In this document: in pieces, positions 49,859-59,522 of the stretch | How the letters are laid out: each line of letters opens with the position of its first letter | How positions within the stretch are numbered: the first letter of the stretch is position 1 | Assembly: GCA_000146465.1 (NCBI GenBank) | Contig: CP001952.1 | DNA length: 64,000 nucleotides | Direction: 5' to 3' (one strand) | Program-made: the position numbers and the translations under genes | Notes under the pieces: generated by a model | What the model was told of the DNA's origin: nothing | Database searches by the model: none | What the model saw: the letters and a program-made list of their open reading frames with translations, nothing else

Positions 49859-50701
49859 CTAAATATGTTGATCTTTTTCCAAAAACTCTATGTTTTTGTC
49901 TACTCCTCCACTAATTATTTTCTCCTTGTTAGCCGTAGTCTTTAGAACATTGGCTGGTCCTGCTGTTTCAAGCTGGTAGTCTGGTCCTCCCTTCATTCTA
50001 GATTTTATAAAAATACACTTCTCACTCCCGACTAAATAGTGACTGTCGCTATAGCTCCCCAATGACAGGGCGTTTAGCCCCAATCCGATTTCATAGGAAC
50101 CATCTTTGCATTCAAATACTTTCTTCCCAGTCGAAACAAATAACGAACCTCCACATGTACACATAGAAGTAACACTTGAAGGAAAAGCAGCGATAGCAGT
50201 GCTGTTGCTTCTCTCATCCCAGAGACGTACGCTCCCATCCATAGAACAACTGTAGATAAACCCGTTGTCGAACATGACATGAGTAACTGGAAGACTATGT
50301 CCTTTCATGACAGATACATCGTTTCTGGCTCTAATGTCCCAAACTCGCACAGTACAATCGGAAGATCCACTGAAGATCCTTCTATCGTATGTATCTAGAC
50401 ATAGAACAGAAGACATGTGCCCGTAATACTCTCTTATAAATTCCCTGTCGACAAGATCATAACACTTAATCAATCCATCGAGTAAGGCGCAAAAAGTATA
50501 CGGATGAATCTTGCTGAACTTGATCTCCTCACAGACACTTTTCAGAGGAATAGTGGCTAAAAGCTGCTTTGTCCCTATGTCCACGATTCTTGTTGTTCCG
50601 TCCATAGACGAAGATGCAAGGAGAGCATCATAAGGATCTATATCTAATGATTTTATCCAACTGTTATGAATTTTTAATATTGCTGTGAGTTTATATTTCA
50701 T
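49859..50701 (-). CDS. WD40-repeat protein, Prp46/PLRG1-like (NineTeen complex splicing factor)
   Basis: 280 aa. WD repeats HNSWIKSLDIDPYDALLASSSMDGTTRIVDI and GHMSSVLCLDTYDRRIFSGSSDCTVRVWDIR...GHSLPVTHVMFDNGFIYSCSMDGSVRLWD align with the PLRG1 core ([45 protein letters not shown]..). Confidence 0.45.
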   Translation of the reverse strand: MKYKLTAILKIHNSWIKSLDIDPYDALLASSSMDGTTRIVDIGTKQLLATIPLKSVCEEIKFSKIHPYTFCALLDGLIKCYDLVDREFIREYYGHMSSVLCLDTYDRRIFSGSSDCTVRVWDIRARNDVSVMKGHSLPVTHVMFDNGFIYSCSMDGSVRLWDERSNSTAIAAFPSSVTSMCTCGGSLFVSTGKKVFECKDGSYEIGLGLNALSLGSYSDSHYLVGSEKCIFIKSRMKGGPDYQLETAGPANVLKTTANKEKIISGGVDKNIEFLEKDQHI

Positions 50702-50758
50702 AACAAGGAGATTAACAAAAGGCCGTTTTTTCTTCAGTTTTGTAACAAGTATTGTATT

Positions 50759-51775
50759 CTATTCAATGGAAAAAGGACAGAGAATGGATATAAGTTTATA
50801 CCACAAAGAAACCGCAATAAGTCCGGTGCTTTCTTTGATTTCTCCACTATCTGTTTCTTTATAATTCCAAAATTCTTTTTTGTAGCAGAGAACTTTGTCC
50901 AAAAGACTGTTCAGGTATCGATAGTCAGGTTTCTCTAGGAATTCCAGACGTCGGACATATTCGAAGAATTTTATAAGATGCTCCTTTCCGCTTATCCCAT
51001 CGCATAACTCATGAATGGATAGACTTTCTTTTACCTTTTGAGTTTTCGTTTTCTGTCTTTTTGACATGGAAATTCCAACTTCAACCCATGGCAATTCTGA
51101 CTTATAGAGAAGGATCAAAAGATAAAACAAACTTTCAATATCGTCTCTTCTGGATTGCTCCACTCCTTTATGAGTGTTTATCGACATATACCAGAGAGTT
51201 CCCGAAATACTTCTTCCCCTTAGCTCAGGGATGTGATCTCCATTGTCCTCGAGGTAGGGCATAGACATGCCAAAATCTATGAGATATATCTTATTATTGT
51301 GATCAAACATGATGTTCTCAGGCTTGATATCCCTATATAGTCTTCCTCTCCCGTGTATCAACTCGATGATGCTAAGAAGCTTCTTTCCAAGGATTGTGGC
51401 TGATTTCCTTGTGAAGAATTTTGGATTTCTTTCTAGGACGTCCTTCAATGAATATCTAAAGAGAGGGAGGACAAGAAAAGCCAGGCCCTTATAAAAACCA
51501 TAGTCCACAAGATGCGGGATTCCATCACAACCCTGAAGCTCCCTATAGGCCTGTATTTCGTCGACCATGGCTCTCCTTCGGGTTCTCGCTGTATTGTTTT
51601 CTATTTTTAGTGCATAAGTTTTATAGTCCACTTTTTTTCTTACCTTATACACTGTTCCAAAACCTCCTCTTCCAACTTCGTAGTGTATGTCGTAGCCCAT
51701 TACTTCACCCCTCATATTCTGATACAGAGTATTATTTTCAGATGTCTTTTTATTCCTTATTTTTGTTGAAAACAC
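50759..51775 (-). CDS. Casein kinase I-like Ser/Thr protein kinase
   Basis: Glycine loop VGRGGFGTVY, the ALKIE lysine, catalytic loop YRDIKPENIM, then DFGMS. The overall CK1 architecture is present. Confidence 0.75.
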   Translation of the reverse strand: MFSTKIRNKKTSENNTLYQNMRGEVMGYDIHYEVGRGGFGTVYKVRKKVDYKTYALKIENNTARTRRRAMVDEIQAYRELQGCDGIPHLVDYGFYKGLAFLVLPLFRYSLKDVLERNPKFFTRKSATILGKKLLSIIELIHGRGRLYRDIKPENIMFDHNNKIYLIDFGMSMPYLEDNGDHIPELRGRSISGTLWYMSINTHKGVEQSRRDDIESLFYLLILLYKSELPWVEVGISMSKRQKTKTQKVKESLSIHELCDGISGKEHLIKFFEYVRRLEFLEKPDYRYLNSLLDKVLCYKKEFWNYKETDSGEIKESTGLIAVSLWYKLISILCPFSIE

Positions 51776-51911
51776 GCTGCCTTGGTTGCAGAAGATACTG
51801 GAATGGAGAACATTTCAAAAATATCCCTAGGCTTGCCATCTCGGTATGTATGCACGGTTGGAGAAATTGAAACAAGATCCTGATTTCTCAAGATATTTGT
51901 TTTTATGAAAA

Positions 51912-52439
51912 ATGAAACCCACAAACCTCGTAATGGGTGAAGCTGGTTCTGATAGTGCTGCAATTAAAAGGATAAAAAAAGAATATGCATTGCTTGAAAA
52001 TGATAAGAGCGATGAGAAAAAGAAGGATTCAACATCCAAGTACATCAAGATCATTCCCTTTGTTTCAGGGGACTTGTTTACCTGGGAAGCATACCTTACG
52101 GCTCCAGAAGAAAGTGTCTACAAAGGAGGGATTTTCAAGCTTCTTATAACATTTTCAAACGAATATCCTTTCAAGCCTCCCAAGATAACATTCCAGACAC
52201 CTATCTACCATCCAAATATAAATTCTTCAGGAATGATTTGCATAGACATTCTCGGAAAAGAATGGTCTCCTGCACTTACGTTGAATAGTGTATTGTTATC
52301 TCTTCTCACCCTTCTTGATGATCCAAATGCCGATGATCCCTTGATGCCCGAGGTTGCAGATATATATAAAACGAATAAAGAAGAATACCGACTGAGATGT
52401 CAGGAATCTGCCCGAAAGGCCATGGAGAACCGAAAATAA
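51912..52439 (+). CDS. Ubiquitin-conjugating enzyme E2 (Ubc4/5-like core)
   Basis: HPNINSSGMICIDILGKEWSPALTLNSVLLSLLTLLDDPNADDPL is the UBC active site (HPNI...GxICLDIL..xWSPAL). An N-terminal extension of about 30 aa is present. Confidence 0.85.
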   Translation: MKPTNLVMGEAGSDSAAIKRIKKEYALLENDKSDEKKKDSTSKYIKIIPFVSGDLFTWEAYLTAPEESVYKGGIFKLLITFSNEYPFKPPKITFQTPIYHPNINSSGMICIDILGKEWSPALTLNSVLLSLLTLLDDPNADDPLMPEVADIYKTNKEEYRLRCQESARKAMENRK

Positions 52440-52498
52440 ATACTTTTGAAATTTGCCTTACCGTCTTTCATCGAAGATTGGGAGTATGGAGTGTATGA

Positions 52499-55400
52499 AT
52501 GGAAATTAGATTTCGTTTTCGATCCCTAATGCCGGGGTTTAAGGATGGAAATGTTGTATCAATGGAGCTGGAGAACTTTCAAACATTTAGGAAGATATCT
52601 CTTAAGTTCTGTCCGTCTTTTAATTTTATAGCGGGACCCAACGGATCTGGAAAGAGTAGTATAGCGAATGCAATGGTCCTTGCGTTTGGGGGAACACCTC
52701 GGATAATAGGTAGAGGAAAAAGCATAGGAGAGTATGTGAAGTTTGGAGAGAATGAAGCAAGAATAAAAGTGGTTGTATGGATTGAGGGGAGAGAAACCAA
52801 GATTAGTAGACATATATCCAAGGATAATCAAAGCAAATATTTTATTGATGGAAAGGCATGCAGAAAAATGGAGTACGAAGAACTTATAGGAAGACTTAAG
52901 GAGAACATAGGAAATTTATGTCAATTTCTTCCCCAAGAGAAGGTTTCAGAGTTTACAAGGCTTTCCCCAGAAGATCTTTTAGTAGAATTACTGCGGGCAG
53001 TGGGGGAGGAAGAGATTGTGGAGAAATTGGGAAGGTTAGAGGAGTTAGAAACAGGAAGAAACAAGTTGATAGATATGCTTGACTCATGCGTCCGAAAAAA
53101 AGAATGCGTGAAAAGAGCAATAGAAGTGCTAGAAAAAGACGTTGAAAAGGCCAGTGAAAAGAAAAGAAAGGAGGAAAGGATAAGAATGATGTATGAAAAG
53201 CAGGACTGGATTCGCTATAAGTTTTATACGGATGAATATGCCAGCATTAAGAAAGATATAAGTTCATTGAAGAAGCAAGTTGAAGAGAAAAAAGAAGAGA
53301 GTTTGAAGATTGAAAATAAAATAATGGAGCTAAGATCGTCAGAAATTTACAGTGAAAGCGATAGGTTATGCAACATTCTTGGAGAGTACGATGAAAATTT
53401 AGTTCATCTGGTTGAAAGACTTCGAAGTGTTCAGCAGGAAACTGAAATACTGAAGGTAGACGAAGAATCGCTCAAAAACAAAAAGGAGAAAAGAACAGTA
53501 AATGCAGAAAGGCTGGAAAAGGAGATTTTAGGTCTTCAAGATGAAATTTCCAAGGTGGAAGTTCCTCCACAGCCTCCAAAACTGGACGAGGCTAGAATTG
53601 GGGTTCTAGAAGAGAAAATGTCCAACCTAATGAGAATAAGAGGGAAAATCCAGCACGAGTCTTCTGAGCTGAAGAAACTGGTGGATGACCTTAGTCTAAA
53701 AAAGAAGAAGTTCCACGAGATGGATGAAATGAGGCTTCAAATGCTTAGAAGATATCATGATGACACATACAAGGCTGTATGCTGGCTTCGAGAAAACAAA
53801 CATCTATTCAAGGATGAAATAATAGAGCCACCATTTGTTCAACTAAGGATAAAGGATGCTAGATACTCTCTTGAAGTTGAAAACTTTCTAGGGTTCCAGT
53901 CGCTGTCACCGTTTATTTGCAAGTCAGGAAAGGACTTTGAAACCTTTGTTCGAATTATGAAGGATGAAAAGAAGTGGATGATTAATGCCATTGAAGCTAT
54001 CAAGATGAATGAAGGACTTCATAAAGGAGAAGAAAGTGTTCCTAGGGAGACATTGAAAGAGTTAGGCTTTGAAGGAGTGCTAAGTGATTTTATAGAATGT
54101 AGAGAGGAAATTATGAATTACTTGATAGTGGCTGGGCATTTTGATCAGATCCCTGTTTCAAAGGAAAATGTTGATGAGGGCCTAGTATTCAGAAAAACGA
54201 ATGTAAAAAAGATGGCAGCAGGAGGAAGATACATTGAAATCAAGAAGAGTAGATATGGTTCAGAGCATGCCATTATTTACAATCCTCTAAAGCCACGGAA
54301 TTTGTTCTCGGAGAGCCTGTCTCTCCAAGAGCTGGAGACTATTGAAGAAGAATTGTCAAAAAAGAACTCGACAAGACGAGAGAACGAAGAAAAGCTAAGG
54401 GAGATTTTGAAAGATGGGGAAGTCATTGACAAGGAACTTCAGGGACTTTATAAAGAAAGAAGTTGGTACAATTCTCAAATGATGGAAATAAAAAGAAAGG
54501 AGACACAAATTCGGGTCTTAAAGGGATCAATAGACAGAAAAGGGCTTGAGCTAAAAATGCTTTTGGATGCAAAGGGCCTGGACGAGGAAGAGGACCGAAT
54601 AAAGGAGGCTAGAAGAGTGTTAGAAGTTAAATGGAAAAAGGAATGTGATAAGCTTAGCGAATATCTTTCAGAGAAGGAATATTTCGATGTGTTTCGTACT
54701 GCAGCCAAGCTGTTTAGAGAGATTACGAACATTAAGAAGGATATTGAACTTTTCTCGGAATCCAAGAAGACGCTAGAGGAAATAAGTGAAGAATTAGAAA
54801 AGAAAATAATCGAAAAAAAGAAAGAGAACTTTAAACTTAAAAAAGCAATAGGGGAGAAGAAGGAACGGCTCGAAAAGATAGAGAAAACAGAGGAATATGA
54901 TAAAGCTCTGAGCCTACTTCCAAGTACAATGGATGAGCTTGATGAGGAAATAATTAAGGAAAAGGCCCAGCTAAGGTTTTATAATATTGATCATAAAGCT
55001 CTGGGAGAATTTGAGATCAGAGAACAGGATGTAAAAGATCTTGAGGAAAATATCTCCGAGTATTCTAAGGAGTTGGAACGTACTGAAAAAGAAGGGACAA
55101 ATATAAGGAGCATTCTTGTTAGCAGGATTGAGGAAATGGTATCCAGAATAGATGAACAGTTCAAAAATTTATTTAGAAAGGCCGGAGGAGATGGGAAGAT
55201 TGTATTTGTTCACGAAGGACTTGATGCTTGCAAGTGGAGGCTCAACATAATGGTCAAATTCCGTGAAAGTGACGATTTTGAAGTCTTAAACTCCCACAGA
55301 CAGAGTGGGGGTGAAAGGTCGGTTTCCATCATCTTGTTTTTGCTAGCCATTCAGAATTATAGACCTTCCCCATTTCGTCTTGTAGATGAAATAAACCAAG

Positions 55401-55606
55401 GAATGGACAAGGAGAATGAAAAATTAGTCCATGACATTTTGGTTGCACTTAGTAAAGAAGGTAAAGAGCAATTTTTTATGATTACACCAAAAATAGCACC
55501 CAACCTGAGCTATAGTCGAAATATGAAGGTGATTGTGCTTTATTCTTCCCCAGGCTGCGGAGACCAAGAAGACTTTGTAAAATACAGGTTAAAAGTACTT
55601 ACATAG
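52499..55606 (+). CDS. SMC5: SMC5 (Smc5/6 complex ATPase)
   Basis: 1035 aa. N-terminal Walker A FIAGPNGSGKSSIANAMVLAFGG. About 700 aa of coiled coil with a central hinge. C-terminal signature and D-loop QSGGERSVSIILFLLAIQNYRPSPFRLVDEINQGMD. The DEINQGMD block is typical of Smc5. Confidence 0.8.
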   Translation: MEIRFRFRSLMPGFKDGNVVSMELENFQTFRKISLKFCPSFNFIAGPNGSGKSSIANAMVLAFGGTPRIIGRGKSIGEYVKFGENEARIKVVVWIEGRETKISRHISKDNQSKYFIDGKACRKMEYEELIGRLKENIGNLCQFLPQEKVSEFTRLSPEDLLVELLRAVGEEEIVEKLGRLEELETGRNKLIDMLDSCVRKKECVKRAIEVLEKDVEKASEKKRKEERIRMMYEKQDWIRYKFYTDEYASIKKDISSLKKQVEEKKEESLKIENKIMELRSSEIYSESDRLCNILGEYDENLVHLVERLRSVQQETEILKVDEESLKNKKEKRTVNAERLEKEILGLQDEISKVEVPPQPPKLDEARIGVLEEKMSNLMRIRGKIQHESSELKKLVDDLSLKKKKFHEMDEMRLQMLRRYHDDTYKAVCWLRENKHLFKDEIIEPPFVQLRIKDARYSLEVENFLGFQSLSPFICKSGKDFETFVRIMKDEKKWMINAIEAIKMNEGLHKGEESVPRETLKELGFEGVLSDFIECREEIMNYLIVAGHFDQIPVSKENVDEGLVFRKTNVKKMAAGGRYIEIKKSRYGSEHAIIYNPLKPRNLFSESLSLQELETIEEELSKKNSTRRENEEKLREILKDGEVIDKELQGLYKERSWYNSQMMEIKRKETQIRVLKGSIDRKGLELKMLLDAKGLDEEEDRIKEARRVLEVKWKKECDKLSEYLSEKEYFDVFRTAAKLFREITNIKKDIELFSESKKTLEEISEELEKKIIEKKKENFKLKKAIGEKKERLEKIEKTEEYDKALSLLPSTMDELDEEIIKEKAQLRFYNIDHKALGEFEIREQDVKDLEENISEYSKELERTEKEGTNIRSILVSRIEEMVSRIDEQFKNLFRKAGGDGKIVFVHEGLDACKWRLNIMVKFRESDDFEVLNSHRQSGGERSVSIILFLLAIQNYRPSPFRLVDEINQGMDKENEKLVHDILVALSKEGKEQFFMITPKIAPNLSYSRNMKVIVLYSSPGCGDQEDFVKYRLKVLT

Positions 55607-55676
55607 GAGATTGGTATGGTAATGGAGTTTATATCAATAAAGAGTAAATAAAAACATGTTTATCTGGGCTTAACAC

Positions 55677-56087
55677 TTATAGTTTGGTTATGTGCTTTTT
55701 AAGTATGCCGTTAATTTCCTCAACCATTCCCTTATACTCCTTTCCATTCCATGGCCCAACAACCTTAAGGCCATCACCGTCAAATATAAATGATTGATCT
55801 TCGACCTGCAACATTACAGAAGGCCTCTTCTTCACGTCTTTAGGAGTCCTCCTGGAGACTATCCCTTCATTTTTCTTAAGGATCACTGCTTTACCCGTGT
55901 AGTTTCTTTCAAGCCCCTCAATAAGAGATAGAAATGGCAACCCTTTCACTTCCGTCGGAATTAGGTCAAATGCCTCTCTCAGCCTTTGCCTCATCTTCTC
56001 AAGAGTGGCTCTCTTTATTTCGGTTAGCTCTGCGGTGACTTTTTTTCGAATATCTTGCAGATGTTCTTCTTTCATGAAGGGATTCAT
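55677..56087 (-). CDS. Hypothetical protein (136 aa)
   Basis: Intact ORF with no recognisable motif. Confidence 0.3.
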   Translation of the reverse strand: MNPFMKEEHLQDIRKKVTAELTEIKRATLEKMRQRLREAFDLIPTEVKGLPFLSLIEGLERNYTGKAVILKKNEGIVSRRTPKDVKKRPSVMLQVEDQSFIFDGDGLKVVGPWNGKEYKGMVEEINGILKKHITKL

Positions 56088-56169
56088 GGAAGGTATCTAA
56101 TAAACATCTCTAGGCAGAACATTCTAATATTGATAGCAGATTGTTTTCACCACCCTCAAAAAGAAGGTT

Positions 56170-57825
56170 ATGGAAAAGGCACCCATCCAAGCCTACATAC
56201 GTATAAAGCCTGGGAAAAGTATTCTGAAATACACAGACCGGACTGTTTTGGTATCGAAAGAATGTGGAGAGACTGTAAAATATGAGTTTGACGGAGTTTT
56301 TGGGCCTAGCTCCACTCAAGACCAGGTATTTGAGAGGTTCAGATGTATTGTTCCAAAACTTATAAAGGGGCATAACCAAACATTATTCTGCTATGGTAGC
56401 ACAGGAGCAGGAAAAACACACACCATGGTTGGCCATAGTAAATCCCATGGACTGATGTACAACCTGGTGAAGGATGTACTAACACATGGAGGATTTCTCG
56501 TTTCCTATATGGAAATATACAATGAGAAAATTTACGACTTATTGGATCCCAAGGAGCTAGTTCTAAGGGAGTGTAATGGAACAATAGTGATTCCAGGCCT
56601 CTTCACCAAGCGTGTTGAAAGTATAGAGGAATTTGAAGAGATGTTTAGGCGAGGAACCAAAAACAGAACTACGGCAGAAACAAGGCTCAATAAGAGTAGT
56701 AGTAGAAGCCATGGAATATTAAGAATAGGAGTTGGAGAGCACAAGCTCAATCTAATTGACCTAGCAGGGTCGGAAAATAATAGGAAAACGGGAAACGAAG
56801 GAATTAGGCTTACAGAATCAAATAGCATCAATAGAAGCCTTTTTGTTCTAGGAAAAGTCGTAAATGCCATTCTTAAAGGGGAGAAAAGAATACCTTATAG
56901 AGACAGCAAGCTGACAAGACTACTGCAAGACTCCCTTGGGGGAAATAGTCTCTGTTATATAATTGCCAATGTTGTCGGAGATCTGTCCAGTCTGGGAGAC
57001 TCGATAAACACTCTTAGCTTTGCATCGAAATCTAGAAGTATTGTAAACGTACTTGAAACTATACCTAGAAATAAGAGCTTGAAGAATAAAGGGAAAGGCT
57101 CTTCCAATGCTGCTGAAAGGAGACCTTTATCTTTAAAGACAAATATGAAGTTCAACATTCAAAGAGAGAATGATATGATTGTGCGAAAGAGGGAAAAAGA
57201 GAATAGCTCTAATCAAGAATCTTTACTTTTTGGGCTTTTTCCAAGAGAAGCCCCGGGAGAAAACGGGAAGAAAAGAAAAAAGGCCCAGTCTACCGATAAA
57301 AAACAGGAGGAAGATAGCAGGAAATGCATTTCTAAAACAGATAAAAGCAAACATCCAAAAAGTTCAGGACAAACTACCAATGGGAGCTCATTGATTCTAA
57401 AAACTCTTCTTGAAAAGCCCGATATTGTATTATCTCCACGCACGAAAGAAAAAAGCTATAGGGCATTTCTAAAAAGAGCTCAGGAGCTTGAACTAGCCCA
57501 AAAGTATCGATTGGCTCTTGAGGATTACAAAACTATGCAAAAGTTCTGTGATAATGACTTCATCAGACAGAAAATAGAAAAGATAGGGATTCTTCTTAAG
57601 AAATCTCGAAAAAAACCTGAAGTTCCAAAGGAAGATGTCTTGGAAATTCTTAATAGGGGAAATTTCTTCGACATAAAAAAGCTACCGAAAGTTGGAGATA
57701 AGAGAGCTCAAGCAATTGTAGATTTTGTAAGCGGGGGGAATTTCTTTGAAACACTGAGCGACTTGAAACTGCTGTTCAGCGAAAAGATTGTAAATTCTAT
57801 TCTTCTTTCTATAGATGGCAGATAA
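56170..57825 (+). CDS. Kinesin motor protein with a C-terminal helix-hairpin-helix-like segment (kinesin-10/Kid-like?)
   Basis: N-terminal motor domain with P-loop GYNQTLFCYGSTGAGKTHTM, switch I NKSSSRSHGIL and switch II LIDLAGSE. The C-terminal tail is basic and ends in ...KLPKVGDKRAQAIVDFVSGG.., which is HhH-like. Confidence 0.75.
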   Translation: MEKAPIQAYIRIKPGKSILKYTDRTVLVSKECGETVKYEFDGVFGPSSTQDQVFERFRCIVPKLIKGHNQTLFCYGSTGAGKTHTMVGHSKSHGLMYNLVKDVLTHGGFLVSYMEIYNEKIYDLLDPKELVLRECNGTIVIPGLFTKRVESIEEFEEMFRRGTKNRTTAETRLNKSSSRSHGILRIGVGEHKLNLIDLAGSENNRKTGNEGIRLTESNSINRSLFVLGKVVNAILKGEKRIPYRDSKLTRLLQDSLGGNSLCYIIANVVGDLSSLGDSINTLSFASKSRSIVNVLETIPRNKSLKNKGKGSSNAAERRPLSLKTNMKFNIQRENDMIVRKREKENSSNQESLLFGLFPREAPGENGKKRKKAQSTDKKQEEDSRKCISKTDKSKHPKSSGQTTNGSSLILKTLLEKPDIVLSPRTKEKSYRAFLKRAQELELAQKYRLALEDYKTMQKFCDNDFIRQKIEKIGILLKKSRKKPEVPKEDVLEILNRGNFFDIKKLPKVGDKRAQAIVDFVSGGNFFETLSDLKLLFSEKIVNSILLSIDGR

Positions 57826-57924
57826 CCTTATTATTGGAAACCATACTTCAGAATTTTATGGGCATCACCTCTCATATCGATTTCTTAAGATTCCAGTCAA
57901 TATAAATGGTCTTTTAAGTTTATT

Positions 57925-59094
57925 CTATTTTTGGAGACTACCTTTCGCGTTTGGAATCAAAGTGACGCCATCATGGGGAATCCTTTGGTTAGCTCCTTCC
58001 TTGAGAGAACTTCTAGTTTCGTCCTCTCTTCCTCTCTTTTCCGCCCGATTCTTGAGGAAGTCAAAGTCGTCAAGCGAAAATCCATCAGGAAGGTCTTCAA
58101 GGAATGAAGATGGTGCTATGTTATAGTCTTTACTCCGCTTAGGAGAAGCTGCATCTAGGTTTACTGAAGGCTTTTCTATTATTGCAGTGCTGAATAAATC
58201 ATTACATAGGCCATCTGTTCGATGGAGATCATACTCCAGCTGTTGATCTCCTGATGAAAACAATTTATCCTTAATGTTGAATGCGGGAAAAGCCTGTTCC
58301 AAAAATCCATTTTTCTGTATTTCCTCGAATTGCTTGTCATATATATTTGGAGATGATTTTGGAACAGATGGTGCAGTAGGTGTTTTTTTCTGCATTTGCT
58401 GGTCGAAAAGGATATCCTGCTGTGGCATCGTCCTTCCCTGGCTGTACATCATCCCCATTGGCAGGACTTTATTTTCTATCCCCCTTAAATATCGCGGGTC
58501 CACATCTCCTCCCATTCTTTTGCTATTCTGCCTTGTATGGCTTACAAATCCAACCATTCCATGAGGCAACATGCTATTTCTTGTGAGATTATTAATATAC
58601 TTATTATACGTAAATAGGTTTGTTTCCCGTCTCAAATCCCTTTCTAATGCATCACAAAACAAAGCGTCGTGTGGGACACTATACCAGTAAAAAACCTTCT
58701 GCTTCTTTTGAGTTCTTATGCAACCGTTCTTGTATAGAAACTCCAAAAACTCGCTTCTAGGACCCTCAAGCGTTGCATCTATCCCCGGTTTCAAGTTTCT
58801 CAGATCAGAAAACACTCCCTCCTCAAATTTTTTTAGACTTGTAAGGCATCTTCCAGCATTTTGGAACCTCCAAACTAGTATTTTCACTATGTCTGTCCCT
58901 GTAATGAAGAAATGCATGTTCCATAATACACAATGAATATAATCTCCATTCTTCAGCTGAAACTTCTTGATTCTTTCACCGTCCCGAAACTCCTTTGGGG
59001 CATTGGATAGAAACTCAAACAGTTCCTTATCACTTTGGGCATTCATCTTTATTTGTTTATTACCATTTGTTTTTATATCCAAGACACAAAACAA
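57925..59094 (-). CDS. STE12: STE12-like transcription factor (STE homeodomain-like DNA-binding domain)
   Basis: The N-terminus matches the fungal STE domain almost block for block: FQLKNGDYIHCVLWNMHFFITGTDIVKILVWRFQNAGRCLTSLKKFEEGVFSDLRNLKPGIDATLEGPRSEFLEFLYKNGCIRTQKKQKVFYWYSVPHDALFCDALERDLRRE. Yeast Ste12 reads ...FVSCVFWNNLYYITGTDIVKCCLYRMQKFGREVVQKKKFEEGIFSDLRNLKCGIDATLEQPKSEFLSFLFRNMCLKTQKKQKVFFWFSVAHDKLFADALERDLKRE. Confidence 0.85.
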   Translation of the reverse strand: MFCVLDIKTNGNKQIKMNAQSDKELFEFLSNAPKEFRDGERIKKFQLKNGDYIHCVLWNMHFFITGTDIVKILVWRFQNAGRCLTSLKKFEEGVFSDLRNLKPGIDATLEGPRSEFLEFLYKNGCIRTQKKQKVFYWYSVPHDALFCDALERDLRRETNLFTYNKYINNLTRNSMLPHGMVGFVSHTRQNSKRMGGDVDPRYLRGIENKVLPMGMMYSQGRTMPQQDILFDQQMQKKTPTAPSVPKSSPNIYDKQFEEIQKNGFLEQAFPAFNIKDKLFSSGDQQLEYDLHRTDGLCNDLFSTAIIEKPSVNLDAASPKRSKDYNIAPSSFLEDLPDGFSLDDFDFLKNRAEKRGREDETRSSLKEGANQRIPHDGVTLIPNAKGSLQK

Positions 59095-59522
59095 AGAATT
59101 GTTTATCTTGTTTCATATCAATATCTCCTTATGTCACTGTCCTACGCCTTCTTTCTGCCTCATCTTCCATTTCTCCCGTTTTCTAACAACGTTATAATTA
59201 AAACCTCTAAAATCAAGGGTTATATTGAAAATAAGCCCTTAATACTAACAATGCCAAAATGCTTAAAGCAAAATCTCAATCATTAAATTTTCTGAAAAGG
59301 ATACTTCTACTAGGCGTTGGATATAAAAGATGGCCTTTAGCCTAATCCATTGGCGTTAAGGGATCATCATATTCTCCTTAAGAGTTTCCATAATCGGTTA
59401 TAATTATCCCGCCTTTGCTAATTGTTTAAAAAGGACATAGCTCCTTTCAGTTTCCTTTAACCAACCAACAAAAAATGCCCGTAAATTTGAGGAGTATATA
59501 CTTGAATTTTTAGCAGTAAAGT

